The notes: a model not told the origin generated them from the letters alone. DNA of 43,148 nucleotides from Octopus sinensis (GCF_006345805.1 NW_021835080.1:1-43148); one strand, 5' to 3'. Counted from the first letter of the stretch, positions 25,158 to 36,955 are shown. Numbers and translations: made by a program.

Positions 25158-25630
25158 CTCACAAATATACAAAATTATTTATATTGGTAACATTTAACTT
25201 TAATGACGTAATGCAAAGCTACGTAATTGAAATATTCCAGATCGTTCACACTATGATTATGGTCTAAACAAGCAAAGGAAAGATATGTTGATGATGATGC
25301 CTATCAATGAGGTGGTACATCTCTCTGAGGAGCCTCATACATTAGAAAGTGAGCACGGACAAAATATGTGATGTCAGCTTAGAGATACAGATTTTCTCTA
25401 TCACACACACATACACACACACACACATATATATACATATTGTAATACAGAATGTGGAATATACGGGAATTTGAATTATTATGCACGACACTCGTTTTGA
25501 CACATCTAACATCGATACCCTCGTTGGTGGGACACTTCGAAGAATGAGAGAAATACCTTAATTTACATACAAGAGCAAAAGTAAAATTAGAGATGGAAAA
25601 ACGAGACGTTTCCAAAATATTTCTACTTAC

Positions 25631-25694
25631 TTTGTACGGAATCATTCAACTCCACGCACTTGTTTAGTGATCATATATCAGTGCAACATTTATA
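25631..25694 (-). promoter_or_regulatory. Candidate TATA/Inr and short non-coding first exon
   Basis: TATAAAT at 25694-25688, Inr-like TCACT with A at 25668, donor AAA|GTAAGT at 25630. TATA-Inr spacing (26 nt) is short, and such motifs are common in AT-rich DNA. Confidence 0.2.
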
Positions 25695-26027
25695 TTTCAA
25701 AAATAAAAAAAGGACCCGAGACAACAGATGTTCAGTAACTCATTAAAGGAGCAATTTTTTACTACGTTGTAAACTAATATATGTAATTTCCATAATTTCT
25801 AACATATATTTAAATGACTGAGTGTTCCTCATAAAATATCGTGTATTATTCTGACATAAAAATGTCAGAATAACAATGGTTCCATCCTCAATGGTAATGC
25901 TGTTCTTCTTTTCACTTAAGATATTCTTTTGTTTGGACAGCATCTCTTATGTTCCTTATCTTTTCTAAAACCTGGTCTTACTTATCCTTATTCCACCGCC
26001 AATCCTATCATCCATAATTTATTACAA

Positions 26028-26055
26028 GTAGTAATGTTAGTAGTAGTAGTAGTAA

Positions 26056-26093
<38 letters not shown>

Positions 26094-26097
26094 ATGT

Positions 26098-26130
<33 letters not shown>
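26028..26130. repeat. (GTA)n microsatellite
   Basis: Direct reading; abuts the 3' end of a Dong/R4-like copy. Confidence 0.9.
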
Positions 26131-27395
26131 ACTTTGCATGACTTCAAACATTTGAAATGTATTAGTGTCAGTTGTTCGCTTCAAGTGAACTAACGTAACA
26201 CCTCCCATCTTTCGGGCACCTTCCGGAGAATTCGAGCGTTTGCAAGCAGTGCTGTTTTCTGCACGGTTTCCACCCGTATTGCAGCCCCCATTTCTTCCAC
26301 GTAGTTCTCGCGATTTTTGCTCACTCTTCCCAGGGCACCCACAATTATTGATACGACTACTACCTCGACCACAAGGGCTTCACTTCTCAAGCCAACCTAT
26401 CATATCTCTCGACGTTTATGTCTTACTTATCGAATACGTCGGTATCAGCTGGGCATGCTATATGTATTAATAAGCATAGATTGTTTCCTTTCTCAATTAA
26501 GACTATTTCCGGCTTAAAATTCTATATCTCATGGTCACATTGAATCATAAAATCCCATACGATTTTTGCATCTATATTTTCGACGTTGACTTTAGGATTG
26601 TGGTCGTATCAAGCTTTTGCTTTGTCAAGTCCATACTTGTTTCAAAATGTCAAATTCACTGGCTTGGCTACATTGTCGTGGCGTCTCTTATATTTCTTCT
26701 CGGCTAGTGGCGTACATTGGCTGGTAATATGCCGTACGGTTTCCCGGTTTTGTCTACAGATTCTGCACTTATACCTTTCTGCAGTGTTGTCCATTCTGTA
26801 TTTTATGTAGCTTGTTCTTAGTGCTTGCTCTTGGGCAGCACAGATTACTGCGAACATAGCATAAATTAGAGCCACCGTTTCCGATTTTAAATCACATATA
26901 GCCATCCTAAGCCATCTTTTTTCTCTGTCTATCGTATCTTCAACATCTCTATGAAATTGTTCATGCATTCTTTTTTTACCGAACTATTTCCAGTTTCATT
27001 CGTTTTCAATTTCTTGTAGAATGTTTTATCTTTGCAATCATTCATCCTGCACAAGCCTGATCTTCTTCTTTCTAATAATAGCTACTCTGTGGCCTTGTTT
27101 TTACATAGCTTCAAATTCGTCCAGGTTCGACATTGCCTTTCATCTTTTGAGAGTTTTATGCTGCACTCGCTCCAATAAGTACTCTTCCTCAGTTTTACTT
27201 GGTAAATACAGTCTGTGTGTATCATATTTTGGGTGGAGATTCCCATATCAGGTTAACAAATTTCTTCTTTTTCTCGGCTGTTTAGTTCCTCTTGTTCCAT
27301 GCGTTTAAGTCTACTCGATATGTAAGGAGTGAAATCGCTTAAGTATTGATAGCGCCGTTCTCAATCAGACTCAATCTGCGCAAATAGTCAACCTT
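26131..27395 (-). mobile_element. Dong/R4-clade LINE fragment (second subfamily), internally deleted and decayed
   Basis: ICAAQEQALRT...CRICRQNRETVRHITSQC...RHDNVAK (CCHC knuckle) and GALG...QKTALLANARILRKV C-terminus. Confidence 0.85.
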
Positions 27396-27575
<180 letters not shown>

Positions 27576-27579
27576 CTTT

Positions 27580-28245
27580 TTTTTCTTCTTTCAAATTTGC
27601 TTCCATTTCTTGCTGAGTGTCTTCCCGACAACTAGAGCAAAGAAACTCATAGTATACATTGGTAGGCCATTAAACCAAACTCAATAGTTCGTTCGTTTTT
27701 TTTTCTTTTTAAGTTAAGTTAAAATACATGAGCAGCAACAGTTCTCACATCGACAATGCTCTTCTCAATATGTGTGATGTACCAGTTAAGACAATCTTTT
27801 GCACTTTTTGCAGGGATGGTAAGCAAGGGATCATTCTCATATAATTTTCGGTTCCCTTCTTGATCATTCCTAGTGCTCCTACTATCACTGGTATTGGAAC
27901 CGCCTTGAGATGCCACATTTTCTCAATTTCAATGAGTAGGTCTTTATATTTTCTGAGCTTGTCAAACTCTTTCGCTGAGATATTATGATCACAGGGGATG
28001 CTCATGTCGATCAATAAGCAAACTTTATTGTTTTGGTCTTTCACAACAATATCCGGTTTATTGGCATCGATGGTTCGGTCTGTATGTACTAGAAAGTCCC
28101 ACAGTATGGTTACATTTTCTCCTTCAGTTACAGCCTCAGGGTGGTGATTATACCACTTGTCAGCAGTTTTGATATTGTAATGCCGACTAATTAGCCAGTG
28201 GAGATATTGGCCAATTCTGTCATGTCTTAATTTATACTCCACTTA
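27580..28245 (-). mobile_element. Dong/R4-clade LINE 3' fragment with an uninterrupted REL endonuclease frame (third subfamily)
   Basis: ORF 27745-28242: RHDRIGQYLHW...HTDRTIDANKPDIVV...LIDMSIP...KYKDL...VGALG; 5' junction at (ATT)n 28245-28315. Confidence 0.9.
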
Positions 28246-28250
28246 TTATA

Positions 28251-28315
<65 letters not shown>

Positions 28316-28317
<2 letters not shown>

Positions 28318-29747
28318 GTTTGACTTTTGCTTTATGTCAGTACAAGTTGGCTCCAAGTCTCACCCAGAGACCTCAAGAGACAACAGGTTGGAAGTTCTGT
28401 GCCATATATTTGGGTTTTTTTTTTTTTTGGTGTTGTACCAGTGAATGTCTAATACATAAAAATAAATAAATAAATAAATAAATAAAAAATTTAAATAAAT
28501 AAACAAAAAAGTTTGTTTTAAACCTTGGGATTACATAGAGAGTATTTTGTGTAGGATATGAGCAGTTCCCATGAGCACTATCTTTTGAATTTCTGCCATT
28601 TTGGGGTTTCCTGGTATCTGAGTTAGGTAGCAATCAGCCCCTTTTGCTATCATTCCCAGGGCACCCATGACAACAGGTATTGTTTTAGTCTTCAGCTTCG
28701 ACATTTTGCTGATTTCTATTTCAAGATCTTTATATTTGCTCAGTTTTTGGTAGGTCTTGACAGATACGTTTATATCGATTGGGACAGTCATATCAATGAG
28801 GAGGCATGTTCTTTGTCTCAAGTCTTTCAATATAATGTCTGGCCTATTTGCATCTATCTTCCTGTCAGTTTGAATGGTGAAGTTCCAGAGGAGTGAGATG
28901 TGGTCATTTTCAAGCACAAGAGGTGGATTGTGTTCCCACCAGGTTTTTTCATGGGGCAAATCCTGGTTTTTGCAAATTACCCAGTGAAGATATTGTGCAG
29001 CTCTATGATGCCTACTGAAGTACTCTGTAGGCGCTAGAAGACTGCATTTGGAGACAACATGATCAATGGTTTCATTTTGTTGCCGGCATACACGACATGT
29101 TGGGCTACTGCCGTTCTTTAATATGTTGGCCTGGTAGTTTCTTGTTGGTAGGCATTGATCTTGAGCTGCTATGATAATGCTTCTGTTTCAGATTTTAAGC
29201 CAGCGGCCATTAGCCATTGATGTTTTAGGGCTTTGTCAAAATCTGCATCACTCTCCCTCTTTGGGTATTTGCCATAGAGATGTTTTTCTTGCCATTTATT
29301 ATTCAGAATATCTAATACCGCAGTTTTGGCACGGGTTTTCATGCGCCTAGCTTTTTCTGTGCTTGTTTCTTGTATATCTATCTCTAATTCCGAAATTGGT
29401 TGTATTCGGAATTCACTTAGATATTCCTTTGCCTGTTTTGTTACTGGGTATGATGCTTTCTTGATTTCATCTTTTGAGACAAGTTTTAACATCCAGTCCT
29501 CAGAGTTTTTCAGGTAGGTGTCTAGGCCAATTGTAGCAATCTTCATTGTTATTGCCAGTTGCAAAAGACCACGGCCTCCCTCTTTTCTTGGCAGATAGAG
29601 TCGTTATGTATCTGCCTTAGGGTGGTTCATTCTATGCATTGTCAACAGTTTCCTTATTTTTCTGTCGAGCTGACATATTTCAGTAATTGACCAGTTAACA
29701 ATATTGAGACTTGACATATTTCAGTAATTTACCAGTTAACAATATTG
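28316..29747 (-). mobile_element. Dong/R4-clade LINE, 5'-truncated (RT thumb, CCHC, REL, 3' UTR)
   Basis: GGRGL-type segment, CRVCRQQNETIDHVVSKC, DANRPDII, KYKDL; (ATT)n on both sides. Confidence 0.9.
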
Positions 29748-31562
29748 TTATTATTTTTATTATTGTTATTATTATTATTATCATTATTATTATTAATTTT
29801 ATTAATATTATTATTTCCATCGCCATCAATATCATGAATATATTTTAAAAGATTTGTCATAACTAATCATACAAACGTATGTAGACAATACGATGGTCAC
29901 GATGCGACTGTATCAGAGGTTTTATTGGTTGAACAATACTTCGACAATTAGACAATCCTTGTCGAGTTCCAAATGAAAAGTGACAAATAGATATTCAAAA
30001 TTATAGGAATTCGTATCCAAAATTTGAACGAAGCAACCAGCGTTTCCACGTTGATACAATGAAATAATCAGTCTTCAAAGTTTAAAGTTTTAAAAAAGCA
30101 AAAAGAAAAACACCGAAAGAGACAAAAACGAAAAGAAATAACAACACGAAGAGAAAGATTACGCAAACAAATAATTTGTTTTGTTTTTCAAATATGAGGA
30201 AATTCTACTGTCATTTTATTCATGTCTCCAGGGCGTCGTGTTAATGTCCCATAAATATATTTCTCGTCCTGCATTTTGAGGACTGAATGTATTACAGATT
30301 AAGAATATTTTCTGAGAATATTTTCTAAAGTCTACAAGAGGCGACTGAAATATATGTTTGGAACAAGATTAAATTCCGAAACCTGCTGGTAATTTTTTAA
30401 GCAAAACTTTTGAAATGCCAGCGAAAGATTTCTGTCACATTGCTAAAATTATGTGTGAATATTTCAATTCCCTTACTAATATAATCTATGTCACTTGCAC
30501 TTTCCTTTTATTGTGATTCACTGTTAATACGATATGAGAGGTGGGAATAAAATCCTCAGAAACCTGCAGGGTCACTACCAGTTCGCTGCCAGGTGCTGAC
30601 TAGATTTAATGACTGCGCCAATGTGGACATGGGTAAAGTCTATCTTATTCTCCCGACCTCCTCTAGATAGACTATTTTGTAGGCCTGTATATAGATAGAC
30701 GGGCGGTAGGTATTAGTAAGGAAATAGAATTAGAGAAATGAAGGATAGAGGTAGAACTAGTTAGGATTCCAGATGTGGCACTTATGAAAGGCATACCTTT
30801 TAACATACTAACGGTGAGATCGGCTCTTGAGCAATACTTCTATAACTATCACGAAAGTTACGGTGGCAAAGCTAGTGCTTAAATGGGATGGACCAAATGC
30901 CGATTGATTGCAGAGGTTCTAGGTGGAAACAAAACATCAAGTCAGAATTTGAAAATCTGTGACGAGCCCATAATAACGAGGACCAAGCAGAATTGTTTGG
31001 AATTTCTTAGGCAATTAGTTGAATTATACGGCGCTTTCTGTGGTTCTTGGACGATGGTGGATTTCACCTCCTATGTTACTGGCATACAACTCCTCACTGT
31101 TATGGATGCGGAGTACTGCTAATGCCGGCACCAGTCGACGATTTACGGTTTGCGATGTCGACCTACATAAGAAAGATGTCTCTGAAACAGAATGGTCAAC
31201 CTTTTGAACTTTAGTTTGATATGCGAGACTTTGTAGTCTTTTGGCCGATGTCTACTAAAACTGTCAGCCAAGGGGGGAATTCACAGTGCTGTGAGCCGTT
31301 TAGTGGTGGTGTTGTTACGGAAAAACCCGTACAAGGGGTACAAAATTGAAAATGTTTGGCCTATAACTCAGCTAAATGCAGATTATAAAGTTTCGGGCAA
31401 AGAGTTCACAACGAGTTTGGAGCTTGGCATTGATACGTTTGTTGGAGACGAGTAGACATCCGTTATGTCAAGCAGAAATATTCAGGGAATATTTGTATTT
31501 GTACTTCCATTTGCAGCCGTAATATGTGAATTATCCCCATGTATTGGTCACGTATATATATG

Positions 31563-31606
<44 letters not shown>

Positions 31607-31607
31607 A

Positions 31608-31658
<51 letters not shown>

Positions 31659-31785
31659 TAACTTTTCTAACTTCTTGAACATTCACACACGATCTTAGTT
31701 TATTCAACTGAAATGCTCTTCCAACTCGGTGGTTGTATTATTAGTTTCAAGCTTGCTATCCCCATTTATAATAAATATTAACATT

Positions 31786-31898
31786 CTTCTTCTTCTTCTT
31801 CTTCTTCTTCTTCTTCTTCTTCTTCTTCTTCTTCTTCTTCTTCTTCTTCTTCTTCTTCTTCTTCTTCTTCTCTTCTTCTTCTTCTTCTTCTTCTTCTT
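31786..31898. repeat. (CTT)n/(GAA)n expansion
   Basis: Direct reading, ~37 units; preceded by a segment (31655-31785) paralogous to 32372-32467. Confidence 0.95.
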
Positions 31899-32030
31899 AA
31901 TATTTGTTAAATGGTATGATTTCTTGTTTGTATTTGTCAGGTTCCTTAAATACTGAGAACAATTTTATGTTTTGTTCGTGTTTTGCCGCTATTTGTATCA
32001 GTTTTCCTTGCTTCTGAAGTAGGTATTTTA
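31899..32030 (-). mobile_element. Internal fragment of a Dong/R4-like ORF
   Basis: Aligns with 41720-41845 (ccttaaatactgag...cgtgttttgccgctatttgtatcagttttcctt...ctgaagtag). Confidence 0.8.
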
Positions 32031-32040
32031 TATATATATG

Positions 32041-32085
<45 letters not shown>

Positions 32086-32266
32086 TATATATATATAAAT
32101 TTAGTTAGTTTTGTGAGTGCAACCCACCATGGGATAACATATATCCAATATACTGCCAGTAGAGCATCCAACAAAGTTAATACATAAATGTTAAGAATTG
32201 CGATGCAATTAATTCATTTATTGCATTATAAGGGCAAAGATAAATTGTTTTTACAACAAATTAATA

Positions 32267-32374
32267 ATCTCTTATATATAAAAAATAAGAAAATGGAGAA
32301 ATACACCTTTTCTGGTAGTTGATTATTGATTAAGGTGTATTTCTCCATTTTCTTATTTTTTATATATAAGAGAT
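32267..32374. repeat. Perfect 43-bp inverted repeat with a 22-nt loop
   Basis: 32267-32309 is the exact reverse complement of 32332-32374. Confidence 0.92.
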
Positions 32375-32467
32375 AACGTTTCTAACTTCTTGAACATTCC
32401 CATAAGATCTTAAGTTTCTTCGACCGAAATGCTCGTGATATCCCCATTTATAATAATTATTGTCATT

Positions 32468-32645
32468 CTTCTTCTTCTTCTTCTTCTTCTTCTTCTTCTT
32501 CTTCTTCTTCTTCTTCTTCTTCTTCTTCTTCTTCTTCTTCTTCTTCTTCTTCTTCTTCTTCTTCTTCTCTTCTTCTTCTCTTCTTCTTTTCTTCTTCTTC
32601 TTCTTCATTTTCTTCTTCTTCTTCTTCCTTTTCTTCTTCATCTTC
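32468..32645. repeat. (CTT)n/(GAA)n expansion
   Basis: Direct reading; source of the poly-K/E/F/L ORFs. Confidence 0.95.
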
Positions 32646-32699
32646 TACTTGTTGTCTCCTTATCGTCATCATCATCGCCATCATTGTGAGAGAGCAGCG

Positions 32700-33200
32700 C
32701 ATACCAACAAATTGACACTGGGGTATAGATACACGTAGCCCTTTAGGGTTAATATCATTACAAATACAATTTCCGTATTATGTATTAGCCCTAATATATC
32801 TGTGCTTTTAAAAATCCGACAAATGAAATCACTTAACCCCCAAATACTCACTGGATATAAAACAATATATATGAAGTATCCCATAGGGAGTTATTAACAA
32901 TCGGTTCACAGATTTTGAAAGATTTTTCATTACTATGAGATTGCACTTTCTCTAATCATTGTAATTGCATCATGAATTTTTGGCAGATAATGTTATAGAC
33001 GTATGTCTATGAGGATGTATTTGATTAACTACTACCTCCAAATGTTTTTTTTTTTTTTTTGTTTTAAATTCTCTGTATGTTTATTTGTCATGTTCTTTCA
33101 TGCCGAAGTACGAAGGCTCGAACCGTAAAATACTTTCTCACCTTCCCGAACTAATACACCTGTCCGCTCCTTCTACACTTAATTCATCTTTTGTTTTTCT
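32700..33200 (+). mobile_element. Possible decayed Penelope-like RT C-terminus and 3' UTR
   Basis: Peptide scraps PFRVNIITNTISVL and GVINNRFTDF loosely resemble PLE RT ends; heavily interrupted. Confidence 0.25.
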
Positions 33201-33234
33201 GTAAATTTCACATACAAACAAATATATACACACA

Positions 33235-33365
<131 letters not shown>

Positions 33366-33457
33366 ATAATATAAATACATATAACATATACATACACGCA
33401 CATATATATACTTAGATATACATATATAGATATAAACATAAAACCATCTCACATATA

Positions 33458-33540
<83 letters not shown>

Positions 33541-33543
<3 letters not shown>

Positions 33544-34426
33544 CATTATATAAAAGGGCTTAGTAAAATAAATTACTTTGCCACATACTGAGCTCATTAG
33601 AAATAGTAGCTAAAAAAACTTTTTTTAAACTATTTCTAATACTTAAAGAAAATCTCTCTCATATAGTTTTGCTCATATAGTGTTAGAAATAGTTTTAAAA
33701 AAGTTTTTTTAGCTACTATTTCTAATGAGTTCAGTATGTGGCAAAGTAATTTATTTTACTAAGCCCTTTTATATATTGTAATAATTTGAATTCGCCTTAA
33801 ATGGTCCCTTTACATACTGAATACTTGGTGAAATTGATTAATAATTAATTAATTTTACCCTCAATTGTTGAAATTATAATTCATCTCTCTCTATTTAATG
33901 CTTCTGATTTTACCGAAAAAAGCATAGTGTTTGCTGATTTTAACCCACGCTGGTGGAAAGGGGAGAGCAGAAATTCTTCGCTTGCATATTTTGGGTTTGC
34001 TGGCACTGTTAGATTCGAGCAGATCTTCAGAAGCGATAAGAAGCCGAAAGGGTATGCTCCCACTTTCAGTGTTTTCAAATCCAAACCAAGGAGTTCTGAG
34101 CTGATGATAAAAATGTCGTGTTGACTAATCTTGAAACATACGTTCTCAAATAACCTTTGCATTTGATTTTTTAATGTCTTTACCCCCATACTTTCGTGAG
34201 TTGAGTTCAGCAAATACTATATGAGAGAGATTTTCTTTAAGTATTAGAAATAGTTTTATAAAAGTTTTTTTAGCTACTATTTCTAATGAGTTCAGTATGT
34301 GGCAAAGTAATTTATTTTACTAAGCCCTTTTATATAATGTAATAATTTGAATTCGCCTTAAATGGTCCCTTACATACTGAATACTTGGTGAAATTGATTA
34401 ATAATTAATTAATTTTACCCTCAATT
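33541..34426 (+). mobile_element. Young composite inverted/direct-repeat element with a hammerhead-like motif (Penelope pLTR-like architecture)
   Basis: 33541-33673 is the reverse complement of 34209-34342; 33683-33866 is a direct repeat of 34244-34426; CTGATGA (34101-34107) ... GAAAC-ATAC-GTT (34133-34144). Confidence 0.7.
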
Positions 34427-34428
34427 AT

Positions 34429-34463
<35 letters not shown>

Positions 34464-34629
34464 GCAATATATATGTGTCTGTGCGTTTATACATATATGT
34501 GAGAATATCAGCTAACGTATAAGAAGTATCTCTAATGTAGATAATTAGAAAATTCGTGGTAATGGCAATATATCTACTAAATTCTTCTGTCTCGTTTCTG
34601 TTTTCTCTCACGCAATATTTGTTATGCCT

Positions 34630-34775
34630 AGTCTGTTGTTACGTTCTGAGTTCAAATTCGCCGAAGTCGATTTTGCCCTTCTTCATTTCGGGGTCGATTA
34701 AGGAAGTACCAGATAATTACTGGGGTCCATGTAGTCGATTTAATCCCATTCCGGGTTCTTGTTTGTCCAACCTTT
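34630..34775 (+). mobile_element. SINE fragment, MetaSINE-like
   Basis: B-box-like GAGTTCAAATTC, then gcccttcttcatttcggggtcgattaaggaagtaccag, resembling the Meta domain (CCTTTCATCCTT..GGGTCGATAAA..AGTACCAG). Confidence 0.6.
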
Positions 34776-35468
34776 AATTAACCTCCTTTGGGCAATAAAG
34801 AAATAAGTATTTGTAATTTAGTTTTTCTGTTTAATAATTGTTATTCGGCGGCACTGTTGAATTTGCTTTGATAATATTCAGTATGCAAAGCATGATAGCC
34901 TATATTTATCTTATATAAATATAAATGTGTGTGTGTGTGTGTATGTGCTTTGCAGTGATTTGCGTCATGTATAAACACATAAAATGTAATAATAGTCATA
35001 TGAATGTTTTAGTAACGAATTCGTATTTTATTGCCTACTGGATCGTCTTCACAAATTTGCATTAAGATCTGCCATGATATTGCACAGTTAATTAGGATTC
35101 GTTTTAAATATATTTACCCTCAGTCTTTTACAAAGGCGAAGTTCTAATCGTCAGTGCGAGGACGATTAAAGAGATACATTTCTGCTTCATTGAGATACTA
35201 TAGGCATTATTAACCGAAAAGCAATGTGATATTTTAGCGGTGTTACTCTAATGGTATTCATTGAAACCATACTCATAAACAGAAGATACTGTGGCTCAGT
35301 CGTATTTCTGAAGATTGTTATTTTCATCCTAGTGAGGTCCTGCAGAAAAAGAAATATTATGGTGTAAACTTATTATAAAAGTAAGGGAAAAGAGAAATAT
35401 ATATTAGATTACTGCTCTCGTATTATAAATCACAAGACACACAAATATATATATATATATATACATAC

Positions 35469-35510
<42 letters not shown>

Positions 35511-35544
35511 TATTTGTATATATATATATATATTTATATACCTA

Positions 35545-36394
35545 CAGGGCGTTACAAAATCTTTAATATCTTTTGAGATCTAAACATCACAGAAATTACA
35601 TAGCCAAAAGAAATTGAAACTAAACAGGCTTAAATTTGGTCAGCATAGACGTATTCCTGCAAAAATTGTATCAGGAATTCAAATGTAAATAGATTCCATG
35701 AAGAATTTCTCAAATGTCCAATGTTCGCAACGCCTAAGGAAGGGCACACGCCATGTCGGTAATGTACCTCCTCCCAAAAACTCGGCAGCATGTCTGTGTC
35801 ACAGTCTCCAGTGCGGTATTGATTCTCTGCTCGAGTTCCTCTAGGTTTTCAGAAAGGGTGTGGGTGGCATAGACCAAGCCCTTCACATAGCCCCTTGTTT
35901 GCGCAGTCGCTTGTCGTCTGCCATTATGGCCTGAATGAACCTCAGCTTGTAGGGTTTCATCAGGTCGAGCTAAACTGTCATTGGCGGAATCTGGACGTCC
36001 AAACAGGTTCTTCATATGGAGATCTTGGAGCTTTCACAGAGTTTCGGGCTAGCCTCCTCGACTGTCTCGTCCGATGTTAGTGCTCATCCGGATCGTTTCC
36101 ACCGGCACAGAAAACCTTCGCTTTTGAATTTTTTGAGCCAGGTCCAAAACCGCTTTGGCCGTTGGCGACCTTTTAGTGAAATCCTTCATCAAAGTAAGCC
36201 GCACAGTCTTGTTCGACTCTGGTCGACCATATTCCAACACACAAATATCATTATCATTTATAGTGAATGCAATTCTATACTTAAAAACATATCAAACTTA
36301 ACCATAATATTTTGACCTATTTTTACCGATGCTGTTAACATTTGAAGTCATTTGAACAGGAAATAGCAGTCATTAGATTTTTTGAAACAGACTG
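35545..36394 (-). mobile_element. Internally deleted Tc1/mariner-superfamily DNA transposon
   Basis: Imperfect TIRs TA-CAGGGCGTTACAAAA and TTTTGAAACAGACTG-TA; a frameshifted N-terminal HTH region (LEYGRPESNKTV...) is fused to C-terminal GYVKGLVY...LEELEQRINTALETVT; the catalytic core is missing. Confidence 0.75.
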
Positions 36395-36435
36395 TAGTTA
36401 TACATATATATATATATATTTATGTATATATATAT

Positions 36436-36552
36436 CACGTGATCACGTGACCGAATAGACCATCATATGTTGTTACACATCGTTGGTCACAATGCGTTCG
36501 CATTGTTTTAGCCTTTGAATGACGCCACCCCGCTGGCTAAGCGAGCATGCCA
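36436..36552 (-). mobile_element. 3' fragment of the SINE-like family with an RTE-type tail
   Basis: Homologous to 14770-14905 and to the RTE end at 23560-23632. Confidence 0.65.
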
Positions 36553-36624
36553 ATATATATATATAATAGAAATATTAAAATTACTAAGTCTCTCTAAAAG
36601 AGATCACGGCAGCGTTCCTGGTCA

Positions 36625-36946
36625 ATAATAGTTATCGCCATACTAATATGGCATTCTTATAAAAATAAGAATAAAGCTGTCCGCTTATTAGCTCCATGAG
36701 GCCATCGCCTTAAGTTAGCTATTTGATACACAAACTGTATCCATATAAAGGGGCAATACCCCGAAACGCGTCTGTAGCTGTCGATCAAGTAGTGTGGAGC
36801 GACTGACCTCCCTTGTTCGAAGGTTATATGGATACAGTTTGTGTATCAAATAGCTAACTTAAGGCGATGGCCTCGTGGAGCTAATAAGCGGACAGTTTAT
36901 TCTTATTTTTATAAGAATACCATATTAGTATGGCGATAACTATTAT
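36625..36946. repeat. ~124-bp near-perfect inverted repeat enclosing half a hammerhead ribozyme
   Basis: Arms 36625-36748 and 36824-36946 show three differences. The spacer starts A-GGGG-CAATA-CCCC-GAAAC-GC-GTC (36749-36772). Confidence 0.88.
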
Positions 36947-36955
36947 ATATATATA

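Noticed and set aside
32360-32738. Poly-K/E/F/L ORFs
   Set aside because: Translations of the (CTT)n array.
33881-34213. 110-aa minus-strand ORF and 65-aa plus-strand ORF
   Set aside because: No recognisable domain or splice context; lies inside the composite repeat.
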